The translations under genes and the position numbers were made by a program. Under the pieces are notes generated by a model. It made no database searches. It was not told the origin of the DNA and saw nothing but the letters and a program-made list of their open reading frames with translations. Shown piece after piece: positions 29,702 to 39,343 of a stretch of 64,000 bases of DNA; position 1 is the stretch's first letter, and every line of letters starts with the position of its first letter. Origin of the DNA: Actinomycetes bacterium (GTDB taxonomy: Bacteria; Actinomycetota; Actinomycetes; JAWWOW01); assembly GCA_045807285.1 (NCBI GenBank), contig JBJMHR010000013.1:358770-422769 (forward strand), in the 5' to 3' direction.

Positions 29702-31522
29702 ATGCACCGTGGCCTTCGGCTCACCGTCGCCGCTGCCCTCGCAACGACACCGCTTGCGCTGGTGCCTGCCCTCGCCGACACGCCGCCGGCGTACACCGTC
29801 CAGACGCTGCACTTCGCGGTGACCGTAGGCCCGCACAACAACACTCATTGCGACGTCATCGGCGACCTCTACAAGCCGAACGACGCTTCGGCCGCGAACC
29901 CGGTGCCGGCGATCCTCACCACCAACGGCTTCGGCGGGTCGAAGGACGACCAGGCCGGCCTCGGCAAGCTCGCGGCGAGCAACGGCTACGCCGTGCTGTC
30001 TTACTCCGGGCTCGGCTTCGGCGGCAGCGGCTGCAAGATCGAGCTCGACGACCCCGACTGGGACGGCAAGGCGGGCAGCCAGCTCGTGTCGTTCCTCGGT
30101 GGAGCCAGCGGTGTCGCGTACAAAGACGCGGCGCACACCACAGCGGCGCCGACCGTCGACTTCGTCATCCACGACGCGGTAGCGCACGACGGCCAGGGAC
30201 ACGCCAACGACCCACGCGTCGGCATGATCGGCGGTTCGTACGGCGGGCAGATCCAGTTCGCGGTCGCGAAGGTCGACCCGCGCCTCGACACGATCATCCC
30301 GATCATCACGTGGAGCGACTTGTCGTACTCCCTCGCTCCGAACAACACGAGTCGGAAGTACGGCGTCACCTACGCGACACCAGGCACTGAGAAGCTCGAG
30401 TGGACGTCGCTGTTCTTCGGGCTCGGCATCGCCGACGGTCTCGAGGGTGCGCAGACCGACCCCAGCCGCAACGTCGGCTGCCCGAACTTCGACAACCGGG
30501 CTTGCCCGAGCAAAGCCGAGATGGATGCGCTCGGTTACCCGACGAAGTCCACCATGCAGCTCGCGCGGCACGCGTCCGTCGAGTCCTACGTGTCCCGCAT
30601 CCGCATCCCGGTGCTGCTCGCGCAGGGTGAGAACGACACGCTGTTCAACCTGAACGAGGCGGCCGCGACGTACCGCGCACTGAAGGCGCAAGGCACGCCG
30701 GTCCAGATGATCTGGCAGTCGTGGGGTCACAGCGGGGGCGTCAAGGGACCGGGCGAGTACAGCGGCGGCGAGGACGCGTTGTCGACGTACGAAGGGCAGC
30801 GCTTCTTCGACTGGTTCGACCACTACCTCAAGGGCAGCGCCGTCTCGACCGGACCGGACTTCTCCTACTACCGCGACTGGGTGCCGTTCAGCGGTAGCGG
30901 ATCCGACACGGTGCAGTACGGCACCGCAGCGTCGTACCCGATCAGCAACTCCGTCAGCTACTACCTGTCCGGGACGAACCGGCTCGCGGCCTCACGTGGG
31001 TACGTCACACAGGGCATGGCCGACTTCGTCGCGCCGGGTCCTGCCGCCACGAGCTACAGCGAGACATCGGCTCTCCAGGCCGACGTGCCGAGCCCGCTCG
31101 GCGACGTACGCGATGCACCGGGCACGTTCGCGGCCTACAACAGCGCACCGCTCGCCCAGGCCGTCGACGTCGTCGGCGTACCGACCGTGACACTGCGGGT
31201 GTTCGCACCGTCCGTTGTCGCAACGCAGCTCGGCAGTCCGGGCGGACACCTCGTGCTGTTCCTCAAGCTGTACGACGTCGATGCGGCCGGCCACAAGACG
31301 CTCACGAACCGGCTGATTGCTCCTGCTCGCGTCGCCGACGTGACCAAGCCGTTCACGGTGACGTTGCCCGGCATCGTTCACCAGTTCGCCGCCGGCCACC
31401 ACTTGCAGCTCGTCGTCGCCGGTAGCGATGCGGCGTACAAAGGCAACTCGACCGCGGTTGCCGTCAGCGTCGTGACGAGCAAGAAGGCGCCCGGGCTGTT
31501 GCAGCTCCCCGTCGTCGGTTGA
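29702..31522 (+). CDS. Secreted CocE/NonD family alpha/beta hydrolase (peptidase S15-like)
   Basis: Signal peptide, alpha/beta-hydrolase core and C-terminal beta-sandwich typical of X-Pro dipeptidyl-peptidase/CocE family. Confidence 0.8.
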   Translation: MHRGLRLTVAAALATTPLALVPALADTPPAYTVQTLHFAVTVGPHNNTHCDVIGDLYKPNDASAANPVPAILTTNGFGGSKDDQAGLGKLAASNGYAVLSYSGLGFGGSGCKIELDDPDWDGKAGSQLVSFLGGASGVAYKDAAHTTAAPTVDFVIHDAVAHDGQGHANDPRVGMIGGSYGGQIQFAVAKVDPRLDTIIPIITWSDLSYSLAPNNTSRKYGVTYATPGTEKLEWTSLFFGLGIADGLEGAQTDPSRNVGCPNFDNRACPSKAEMDALGYPTKSTMQLARHASVESYVSRIRIPVLLAQGENDTLFNLNEAAATYRALKAQGTPVQMIWQSWGHSGGVKGPGEYSGGEDALSTYEGQRFFDWFDHYLKGSAVSTGPDFSYYRDWVPFSGSGSDTVQYGTAASYPISNSVSYYLSGTNRLAASRGYVTQGMADFVAPGPAATSYSETSALQADVPSPLGDVRDAPGTFAAYNSAPLAQAVDVVGVPTVTLRVFAPSVVATQLGSPGGHLVLFLKLYDVDAAGHKTLTNRLIAPARVADVTKPFTVTLPGIVHQFAAGHHLQLVVAGSDAAYKGNSTAVAVSVVTSKKAPGLLQLPVVG

Positions 31523-32478
31523 GCTCGTCACGCACGGCACGTGACGACGAGGTCGCCGCGTGGCAGCAGGACGGGTGGGTGGTGCTGGACGGCCTGATCA
31601 GCGCTGAAGAGATCGGCGCAGCGGCCGCTGAACTGGCAGTGATGTTCCCCAGCGCGGAGGAATACCACGCCGACCCCACCGGCACGATCGAGCGGTGGAG
31701 GGGACGTCCACCGCAGCAGTCGCAGGGCTATCTGTGGCCTGCAGAAGGTCCGGGTTTCCGTCCGGAGCAACATCGCTGGCGACGTGAGTTCCCGTTCGCG
31801 GGTGGGGGTTTGCTCAACCGGTTGTGCGTGCACCCGTCGATCGTCGACTTCGCCGAGCGCGCCCTCGGCAGCAGAGACCTCCGGCTCTACCAGGCCGGCC
31901 TCGGAGCGAAGTACACCGGCGAGACCAACTACGAGCAGCCGATGCACACCGATCGCAACCACTCATGGCTGCCGCCGAGCGGACGCGCGCCCTGGTGGCA
32001 CCTCGAGACGTTTCTCTACCTGTCCGATGTCGACGAGGCGAGCGCACCGACGCACCTTGTGTCGCTGCCGGACTCCGTCGGTCGCAAGCCGACGATGCCG
32101 CTGTACATGCCGGACTGGGATCGCGAGCTGTACGCCGCGGAGCAAGCTGCTGTTGGCGTCAAAGGGTCGCTGTTGGCGTACCGGCCCGACGTCTTCCACC
32201 GGGCCGTGGATTTGAAAGCACCGGGCGGGTCGCGGTTCTTGCTGAACGTGAGCTTCAAGGTCGCCGGCCAGGACTGGGTCGGCTTCGAAGGATTCCAGGC
32301 ACGTGCTGTCGACCCGCAATGGGACGCATTCGTGGCGGACCTGTCGGTGCGCGAGCTGGACCTGTTCGGTTTTCCTCCGCCTGGCCACCCCATCTGGGAC
32401 GACGACCTCGTTGCGGCGACCGCTGAGCGTTATCCAGGCCTGGATGTCTCGCCATGGCGGGACGCGCTGCCTAAGTAG
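31519..32478 (+). CDS. Phytanoyl-CoA dioxygenase (PhyH) family 2OG-Fe(II) oxygenase
   Basis: HTDRNH iron-binding region and PhyH-like layout; TTG start overlapping upstream TGA (TTGA). Confidence 0.75.
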   Translation: MSSSRTARDDEVAAWQQDGWVVLDGLISAEEIGAAAAELAVMFPSAEEYHADPTGTIERWRGRPPQQSQGYLWPAEGPGFRPEQHRWRREFPFAGGGLLNRLCVHPSIVDFAERALGSRDLRLYQAGLGAKYTGETNYEQPMHTDRNHSWLPPSGRAPWWHLETFLYLSDVDEASAPTHLVSLPDSVGRKPTMPLYMPDWDRELYAAEQAAVGVKGSLLAYRPDVFHRAVDLKAPGGSRFLLNVSFKVAGQDWVGFEGFQARAVDPQWDAFVADLSVRELDLFGFPPPGHPIWDDDLVAATAERYPGLDVSPWRDALPK

Positions 32479-32827
32479 TCGGCGGCGACACCCTTCGGCA
32501 CGCACATCCGCCAGGCGTCCACGACGAACTCGCGCATCTCGGCCGGCGACAACCGGTCGAGCCGAGCCACCACCCAGTTGTAGCGGAGGTCCGACGTCGG
32601 CGGCAGCCGGAACTTCGTCGGGTCGGACGCGATGAGCGCGTCACGCTCCTCTTCGGAAAGCCGAAGCCCATCAAGGTCTCGTCGCGGGAGAACGCGACAA
32701 ACACCAAGCGTCCGACGCGGAACTTCACCCGGTCGCGGACCAGCACCTCATAGGCGCGCGGCAGGCTCAGCGCGAGCGCCCGAACCTCGTCTACAGCGAC
32801 CAGCTCGGGGGACTTGTCGGCGCCCAT
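32430..32827 (-). pseudogene. MmcQ/YjbR-like small protein, frameshifted
   Basis: Coherent protein in frame A (MGADKSPELVAVDEVRALALSLPRAYEVLVRDRVKFRVGRLVFVAFSRDETLMGFGFPK) continues coherently only in another frame (EERDALIASDPTKFRLPPTSDLRYNWVVARLDRLSPAEMREFVVDAWRMCVPKGVAADY). Confidence 0.5.
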
Positions 32828-32922
32828 CGACGGACATCATGCGCCGCGGCACCGACAGGGCCCGGGAACGCGCAAGCGGGCCGGGAGACATCGTCCGCCC
32901 GGCCCGCCTTCAAGCGTTCCGC

Positions 32923-33552
32923 TCAGCTGGTCTTGCGTGCTTCCTTCGTGCCTTCGAGCGTGTCGTCGATCACGTCGACGGTCCGCTCGGCGTCGAGCGC
33001 TTCCCTTGCCGCGGTGAGCGCTTCGGACTCCTTCGCGAGCGCCTCGCTCTTTGCGAGCCGCTCACGTCGTTCGATGGCCTTGTCTTGCTGCAGCTTCAGC
33101 TCACGCGCGTTGCTGGCCTTCTTGGCGGCCTTGTCCTGAACCTTGCGCTCGCGAACCTCGGCCTGCCGCTCGAGTTCCGCTTCACGCTGGTCAGCCTTCT
33201 GCGCTGCCGCTGCACGCTTGTGCTCGGCCTGCTCACGACGTTGCTCGAATGTCTCGTCGGCAACCTCGCGCTGACCCTCGGCAACTGCTTCGAGCTTCGC
33301 CGCGCGCCTCAGCTGAGCAACCTTCTCCTCGCGAAGCCGACCCTTGGCCGCGAGCTCCTCGTCCCGCAGAAGCTTCCCGATCCGGGTCTCAACGCCGGCC
33401 TGCAACGTCTCGTAGGCGACGGCCGGGGCCCAACTCTCGTTCTCCTGTTGCCGGGCAACCCGCTCGGCCACGGTCACCGGCAGCCGACCAGCACGCAGGT
33501 AGGTGCCGACGATCGTTCTCGGTACGACGCGAATGCGATCCGTGACGCTCAT
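32923..33552 (-). CDS. Coiled-coil Ala/Glu/Arg/Lys-rich hypothetical protein
   Basis: 209 aa, long heptad-like charged repeats; ATGA-coupled to upstream gene. Confidence 0.55.
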   Translation of the reverse strand: MSVTDRIRVVPRTIVGTYLRAGRLPVTVAERVARQQENESWAPAVAYETLQAGVETRIGKLLRDEELAAKGRLREEKVAQLRRAAKLEAVAEGQREVADETFEQRREQAEHKRAAAAQKADQREAELERQAEVRERKVQDKAAKKASNARELKLQQDKAIERRERLAKSEALAKESEALTAAREALDAERTVDVIDDTLEGTKEARKTS

Positions 33553-34139
33553 GCGATCTCCTCTGCGGCCTTGTCGAGCACGTCTGCGGCGCGTTGCGAC
33601 CGCTGGGCCTCCGCTTCGATGTCAGCGGCACGCCGCTCGGTCTCAATGCGTTCGCGTGCGGCGACCTGCTCCTGGCGGGTGGCTGCCTGTTGCTGCGCGG
33701 CTTTCCCTTGCTCCACTGCCGCCTCTTTGCGTGCCGTCTCCGCAGCAACCCGCTGCTCTTCCGCAGCCCGCGTGCGCTCGATCTCCGCCTCGCGCGCGTC
33801 GGCTGTCGTCTCCGCAGCGAGCCGCTGGCGCTCTACGTCGATCTCACGCTCCCGCGTGACGAGGTCGGCCTCGGTCTTCTCTTGTGTGGCCTTGGTTGCC
33901 GCTTCCTTGGCCGTACTCGCGGCGTCGGCCTTCTCGTGGTGCAGTTCACCTTCGCGCTTCAGGTCGTCGTCACCGATCACGGCGCCCGCGACATGTTTCA
34001 CGGTGCCTTTGACGCGATCCACGAAACCCCCGGCGAACGAGGGTCCTCCTTGCTCGGACACAGCGACACTCCTCTCGGGCGAACCCGATGTGTTTGTTGG
34101 TGTGTCTTCGCCGTACCCGATGGTGCTAGCGGCAAGCAC
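33549..34139 (-). CDS. CsbD-like stress-response domain fused to long coiled-coil tail
   Basis: VDRVKGTVKHVAGAVIGDDDLKREGELHHEKAD resembles CsbD; remainder E/A/R-rich coiled coil. Confidence 0.5.
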   Translation of the reverse strand: MLAASTIGYGEDTPTNTSGSPERSVAVSEQGGPSFAGGFVDRVKGTVKHVAGAVIGDDDLKREGELHHEKADAASTAKEAATKATQEKTEADLVTREREIDVERQRLAAETTADAREAEIERTRAAEEQRVAAETARKEAAVEQGKAAQQQAATRQEQVAARERIETERRAADIEAEAQRSQRAADVLDKAAEEIA

Positions 34140-34231
34140 GCGCGAGGCGCATCTAACGATGAGGTCAGGTCACGACAGCCGCGCCCTGTGCTGACGTGTG
34201 TGCATCGGGTTACGGACGCGCCGTTTGACGA

Positions 34232-35124
34232 TCAACTCATTTGACTGATGAGCTCCTGCAACGCTGCCAACTGCTCCATGTAGTGCTCGCGCGACCGATG
34301 ACTGAAGCGCAGGCTGAAGCCGGTCGCGCCGACCGCGATGAGCCCGGCCAAGCGCTCCGTTGTCCCGTGTGGGTCTCCGAGTGGATCCAACGGTGGCTCC
34401 GGTGACAGGATCTGCTCGAGCGGGCTCTCGCGGGCGCTTTGATCTCGTTGATCTCCTTGTCCGCCGCGAGTTCGCGGAGCTCGGGCTCGGTGAGCCGGAA
34501 CGGGATCCACGCATCGCCCAGCAGGGCCGCCCGCCGCAACGAGCGCCGAGACTGACCACCGACCCAGATCTCGAGTCGGCGCGGCACACCAGACGGCTCT
34601 ACGACGAAATCGCGGAACGACCAGTGCGTGCCGGCGAACTCGGGAACATGTCGACCCCAGGCAGCGCGGATGGCGCGGATCGCGTCGTCACCTCGCGCAC
34701 CACGACCGGCGAACTCGCGGCCGAGCAGGTCGAACTCCGGCTGCAACGAACCAACTCCGACGCCGAGGATGACGCGGCCGCCGCTCAGCACATCGACGGT
34801 CCCCCACCGCTTCACGATCTCCAGCGGATGGTGGTAGCTGAGTACGACGATGTGGCTGAGCAGGCCGATCCGCGTCGTATGCGCCGCGACGTAACTCAGG
34901 GTCGCGACCGGGTCCCAGTACCTCGGGCCACGCATGCCCGTGGCGTCGTACGGGATCGCGACATGCTCAGGCGCAGAGACCCAGTCATAGCCGAAGCCCT
35001 CTGCCGCCTGTGCGATTGCGACAACGTCGTCGATCGTGCCCGTGCTCTCCCAGTCCGGCGGGTTGAAGCGCGGGTTGATATGCACGACGGGAGTGATGAT
35101 GCCGACGCGCAGGGTCACAGCCAA
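34232..35124 (-). pseudogene. LLM class F420-dependent oxidoreductase, frameshifted near 34440
   Basis: LLM sequence in ORF 34237..35124 becomes Arg/Ser-rich nonsense after ...ELAADKEINEIK; genuine C-terminus (ILSPEPPLDPLGDPHGTTERLAGLIAVGATGFSLRF) lies in ORF 34232..34510 in another frame. Confidence 0.7.
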
Positions 35125-35179
35125 AGTGTCTCGCGGCCGGGCGGCAGGCCTTCAACGCGCTGGTCCGTGTTGAGGTTCG

Positions 35180-35518
35180 TTATCTACGCGCGCCCGTGCG
35201 GCTCGGCAGGTCATGCGCGTCGAGCAGCACACTGCGGCGTTCGCGCAGCTCGTGCAGGCGTTGCAGCGCGCGATGGAGGTCGTCACGGGCGTCACGGTCG
35301 GCCGCGGCTCCGGACGACGGACGCACGCGCAACAGATCTGCCTTCGCGCGACACGCGCGATAGCACTCGCTGATGTGACGAAGCTCGTCGAGTACGTCGG
35401 TTGGGACAGCGCTTGGGACCGCTGGTGCAGGCTGGGTCGGGACTAGCGGCGGCAGTACGACCGCGGGCAGGTCCGGCCACTGCTTGGCCGGCATCACGAG
35501 ATCCTGAACCATCGTCAT
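35180..35518 (-). CDS. Hypothetical protein
   Basis: ORF only (MTMVQDLVMPAKQWPDLPAV...); weak. Confidence 0.25.
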   Translation of the reverse strand: MTMVQDLVMPAKQWPDLPAVVLPPLVPTQPAPAVPSAVPTDVLDELRHISECYRACRAKADLLRVRPSSGAAADRDARDDLHRALQRLHELRERRSVLLDAHDLPSRTGARR

Positions 35519-35732
35519 TCTTGCTGTCTCGGTCCGTCCGGCACCCGAACACATGCCCCGTCGGACCCAAATCGGCATGGTGCCGACGGGCTCCCTCGGC
35601 TTCTAGTCATTCAGTGCTGCCCGGGCTAGTCAGCCACGGCCCGTCGAGGCAGGTGGGTCGTGCATCTGGTCGTCCGCTTTGTACGCCGCCATACTGACCC
35701 CCGACCTGACCGGCTTCAGCAGAGGAGGCCCG

Positions 35733-37403
35733 ATGTCCCTACGGCGAAAGTGGAAGGTCAGCTGCGTCGCAGTGTTGTCCGCTGGGGCGCTGATCGCGGG
35801 TACGTCCGCGACGCTCACGCCGGCTCTGGCTCGAGCGTCCAGCTCAGCGGCCACCGATCGGATCGTGGGTGTTCCAGGGGTCGCCCACCGCGTGCCACAG
35901 CATCATGTCGCCTCGACGGGCCGGCCGAGCACCCACACTGACCGCGGTGAGCGCCACGCCGTCGCACCGGGATCGACCGCGGACCCCACTTCAGTGCCGG
36001 CCGCGAGCCGCCCGGCAACCACAGCGTCGGGGACTCTGCTGCAGAACTTCAACGGCACGAGCAGTCACGACAGCGAGGTCACGAACTACAACGCAGAGTT
36101 CGAGCCACCGGACCAGGGTCTGTGCGCCGGAAACGGATTCGTCCTCGAGCCGGTGAACTCGGCGTACAACATCTATAAGCAGGACGGGACGAAGATCCGG
36201 GGTCCGTTCAACGTCAACGACATCTTCAACGAAGGCGGCGAGGAGTACACCTCCGACCCGCGGTGCTACTACGACCCGTCGTACAAGCGCTGGTTCGTGA
36301 TCATCCTTTGGCTGGACATCAACAACTTCCGGAGTAGTCGTCTCGACATCGCGATCAGTTCGAGCAGCGACCCAACGGGCTTCTGGTTCGAGACGCGCAT
36401 CGACACCACCAACGACGGCACCAACGGTTCGCCCAAGCACCATGGCTGCCCCTGTCTCGGTGACCAGCCGTTGCTGGGTGTCGACGCATTCAACCTCTAC
36501 GTAAGCACCAACGAGTTCTCCATCCTGGGGGACGAGTTCAACGGCGCTCAGGTTTACGCCATTCCGTTGGAAGATCTCGTCTTCAGCGACGACGTGCCCT
36601 ACGAGTTCTTCGGCAACCTGCGCAACGGAAGCCACCCGGCGACGTCGTTGCAGCCGGCGATCACGACCGGCACGGCGAGCGCTGAGTACTTCATGGACTC
36701 GTTCGACAGCGACAGCACCGGGCAACCGAGGGGCAGTCGGCTCGGCGTCTGGGCGATGACCAATCGCGATGCGATAGACACCGGTACCGCTCCGGTGCTG
36801 TCGCAGGTCGTCATCCACTCGGAGCCGTACAGCGTCCCGCCGTCGGCAGCGCAAAAGGGATCGCAGAGCCGGATCGAGCCGAACGACGACCGCATGCAGC
36901 AGGTGCAGTTCATCGGCGGCACGTTGTGGGGCGAGCTGGGCACCGGCCTCACGCCTCCTGGTGACCCCACGAGGCGCGCCGGGGCGGCCTGGTTCGCAGT
37001 CAAGCCGGTGTTGTCCGGCGACACGATCGGCTCGGCGTCCATCAAGAAGCAGGGCTACGTCGCCGACCCGGGCGACTACCTGCTGATGCCTGCCATGCAA
37101 GCCGACGCTGCCGGCAACGCGGCGATGGTCTTCACCTTGACCGGCGCCACTCACTACCCGAGTGCGGCGTACGCCGTACTTCAGGCCGGGGCGTCGGAGT
37201 TCGGGCCGGCGGTCATCGCCGCCAACGGGACCGGCCCGTACGACCCGAACGCGGGCCGTTGGGGTGACTACTCGTGGGCGATCCTCGACCGTTCCGCGGA
37301 CGCGGTATGGCTGGCTACGGAGTACATCCCGCCGAAGCCGAGCCAGACCGATGACGGTCGCCGCAACTGGGGCACCCGCGTGTTGGAGGTACAGCTGACG
37401 TAA
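35733..37403 (+). CDS. Secreted hypothetical protein (unknown family)
   Basis: AGAGGAGG before ATG 35733, signal peptide MSLRRKWKVSCVAVLSAGALIAGTSATLTPALA; 556 aa with no recognised domain. Confidence 0.7.
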   Translation: MSLRRKWKVSCVAVLSAGALIAGTSATLTPALARASSSAATDRIVGVPGVAHRVPQHHVASTGRPSTHTDRGERHAVAPGSTADPTSVPAASRPATTASGTLLQNFNGTSSHDSEVTNYNAEFEPPDQGLCAGNGFVLEPVNSAYNIYKQDGTKIRGPFNVNDIFNEGGEEYTSDPRCYYDPSYKRWFVIILWLDINNFRSSRLDIAISSSSDPTGFWFETRIDTTNDGTNGSPKHHGCPCLGDQPLLGVDAFNLYVSTNEFSILGDEFNGAQVYAIPLEDLVFSDDVPYEFFGNLRNGSHPATSLQPAITTGTASAEYFMDSFDSDSTGQPRGSRLGVWAMTNRDAIDTGTAPVLSQVVIHSEPYSVPPSAAQKGSQSRIEPNDDRMQQVQFIGGTLWGELGTGLTPPGDPTRRAGAAWFAVKPVLSGDTIGSASIKKQGYVADPGDYLLMPAMQADAAGNAAMVFTLTGATHYPSAAYAVLQAGASEFGPAVIAANGTGPYDPNAGRWGDYSWAILDRSADAVWLATEYIPPKPSQTDDGRRNWGTRVLEVQLT

Positions 37404-37418
37404 CGGCGGGAATTCGCG

Positions 37419-37922
37419 TCAACTGCTCGCGTCGAGGTCGCTGCGGCCACCCGTGCTCCACCAGCTCGCGGTGAGCCGCAGCCCCTCGACCGAGGAGCGC
37501 GGGAAGATCTCTTCGTACGTTCGCCGATAGCCCGTGCGCGCGATCCGCCAGCCATCATCGTCGCGGACGTATTCGTCCTCGTAGAAGGCCGCACCCTGGA
37601 TCGTGATGTTGTGCTCGCCGTGTACGACGGTGTCCTCCAGCGCCCAGACGCCGACCGCAGTCGTTGGGCCGATGACATCGATCTCCGGGTGATGACATCG
37701 ATGTGAGGACAGGAACTGCTCCGACCCCATTGACCGACGCAGGAAGTCGACGATCGCGTCCCGTCCCTCGAACCGATAGCTGCCGGCGCTGTACTCAGCT
37801 ACCGCGTCGGCGGTGAAGCAACCGGCGATGTCGTCCCAGAGCTTCTGGTCGAGACATCGCAGGTAGCGGTACTTCAGCCGGCAGATCTCGTCGACAGCGA
37901 CGATCCGGGAGAGGTCATCCAC
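37419..37922 (-). CDS. NTF2-like/SnoaL-like family protein
   Basis: 167 aa with SnoaL-like pattern (ICRLKYRYLRCLDQKLWDDIAGCFTADA..., HHPEIDV). Confidence 0.7.
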   Translation of the reverse strand: MDDLSRIVAVDEICRLKYRYLRCLDQKLWDDIAGCFTADAVAEYSAGSYRFEGRDAIVDFLRRSMGSEQFLSSHRCHHPEIDVIGPTTAVGVWALEDTVVHGEHNITIQGAAFYEDEYVRDDDGWRIARTGYRRTYEEIFPRSSVEGLRLTASWWSTGGRSDLDASS

Positions 37923-37962
37923 CGGCGCATCGTAGGGCTCTGGTGATTCCAGTGGTCATCCA

Positions 37963-38325
37963 TCGTGGAGGCGCCGGGAATCGAACCCGGGTCCTTCGGC
38001 GTCATACGAGGGCTTCTCCGTGCGCAGCTCACTGTGCTTTTCTCAGCCCCACCGGTCACGCGAGCAAGCCGGTGACGGGCTCAGCTGCTGTTGGCTTTTC
38101 CGTCAGACCCCGCAGCCGGGCCTTCCGGTGAGCTCCCTGTCGATGCCGGACACCGGGCCGGGAGCAATCCCGGGCCGACAGCTATCACCTACCGTCAGGC
38201 AGCGATAGCGAGCGCGTTGTTATCGGCGCTTGTTTCTTTTCCAGCGGATGGTTAACGAGATCGCCACTGGTTTCCTCGGCACGCTTCCCCTCGGACCACG
38301 TCCGAAGTCGAAACCGTTCGCCCCC
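37963..38325 (-). ncRNA. ssrA: tmRNA (ssrA); tag reading frame predicted as ADNNALAIAA-stop
   Basis: 5-prime end GGGGGCGAACGGUUUCGACUUCGG..., 3-prime T-arm CCGGGUUCGAUUCCCGG then acceptor strand CGCCUCC pairing with 5-prime GGGGGCG and discriminator A; internal ...AAGC GCC GAU AAC AAC GCG CUC GCU AUC GCU GCC UGA; CCA not encoded. Confidence 0.9.
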
Positions 38326-38413
38326 ATGTTCAGTTGTCAGTTCGTACAACGGTAGCCGACGCGGGCTTCTTCCACCGTCGAGTTCGTGAGAGATGAGCAG
38401 TGCCAGGACACTG

Positions 38414-39343
38414 CTAGCCACTCACAAACCCCGAGCGCGCCGGCAACTGACCATCGCCGCGCTCGGCGAGGTCACCGATCTCCTCGGCGAACCGCGGCCA
38501 GAGCGCACGCGGCATGTCATGACCCATCCCGGGAAAGACGTGCAGCTTCGCGCCCGGGATCGCCTTGGCGAGGGCCCGTCCGCCGGTCCAGTTGACCAGC
38601 GGGTCGGCTCGTCCGTGGATCACGAGCGTGGGTACGGCGAGCTGGCGCAACTTCGCCGTGCGGTCTGGCTGAGCCATGATCGCCGAGAGTTGGCGCAGGT
38701 AACCGCCCGGGTCGTGCGCTCGGTCGAACGCGCGCGCGGCGACCTCCCGAATGCGTTCCTCGTCAACGTCGTACCCCGGTGAACCGATTGAACGGAACGT
38801 CTCGACTGCTGCGTCCATGGCCTCATCGCGGGTCCGCACGGTTCGCCGGCGCAGGATGTTGAGGATCATCTTCGGCTTGGCGTAACCGACCAGCCGGTTC
38901 CCTGTGGACGTCATCATCAAGGTGAGACTGCGCAGCCGCTCCGGATGTGCAACGGCTACCGTCTGCGCGACGAAGCCACCCATGGAGATTCCGACGAGAT
39001 GGACGGACGGCAGGCCGAGCGCGTCCATCAGACCCAGTGTGTCCTTCGCGCAGTCGTCCAACGTGTACGGCGGCTTCGCTCGACCGAGGTAGACCGAGAC
39101 CGGATTCGGCGCGCGCACGGAGTACAGATGCGTGGACAACCCGCTGTCCCGGTTGTCGAAGCGAATGACGTAATGCCCGCGCGCCGCTAGGGCCTCGCAG
39201 AAGTCCTCTGGCCACGCGAGCATCTGCGTACCGAGACCCATGACGAGCAGCACCGGCGAACCGCTGGGGTCGCCGAACGTCTCAAACGCGATGTCGATCC
39301 CGTTCGCCTCGATGTGGCGTACGCCTGTCTCCACGTCAGTCAT
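38414..39343 (-). CDS. Alpha/beta hydrolase fold protein
   Basis: GISMGG nucleophile elbow, HGRADPLV, GMGHD; start ATG 39343 (MTDVETG) or upstream 39382. Confidence 0.8.
   Translation of the reverse strand: MTDVETGVRHIEANGIDIAFETFGDPSGSPVLLVMGLGTQMLAWPEDFCEALAARGHYVIRFDNRDSGLSTHLYSVRAPNPVSVYLGRAKPPYTLDDCAKDTLGLMDALGLPSVHLVGISMGGFVAQTVAVAHPERLRSLTLMMTSTGNRLVGYAKPKMILNILRRRTVRTRDEAMDAAVETFRSIGSPGYDVDEERIREVAARAFDRAHDPGGYLRQLSAIMAQPDRTAKLRQLAVPTLVIHGRADPLVNWTGGRALAKAIPGAKLHVFPGMGHDMPRALWPRFAEEIGDLAERGDGQLPARSGFVSG

Noticed and set aside
29216-30823. 535-aa minus-strand ORF
   Set aside because: Antisense to ogt and the CocE/NonD hydrolase; Arg-rich
35991-37154. 387-aa minus-strand ORF
   Set aside because: Antisense to the secreted 35733..37403 gene, which has a signal peptide and a strong SD
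37671-37702. 12-nt direct repeat atcgatgtcatc spaced 20 nt apart inside the NTF2-like gene
   Set aside because: Protein reads through coherently (HRCHHPEIDVIG); the repeat contains the ATCGAT palindrome and is probably chance; a 20-nt duplication would have broken the frame
38185-38421. 78-aa minus-strand ORF
   Set aside because: Lies inside the tmRNA gene; its reading frame is the out-of-frame version of the tag region
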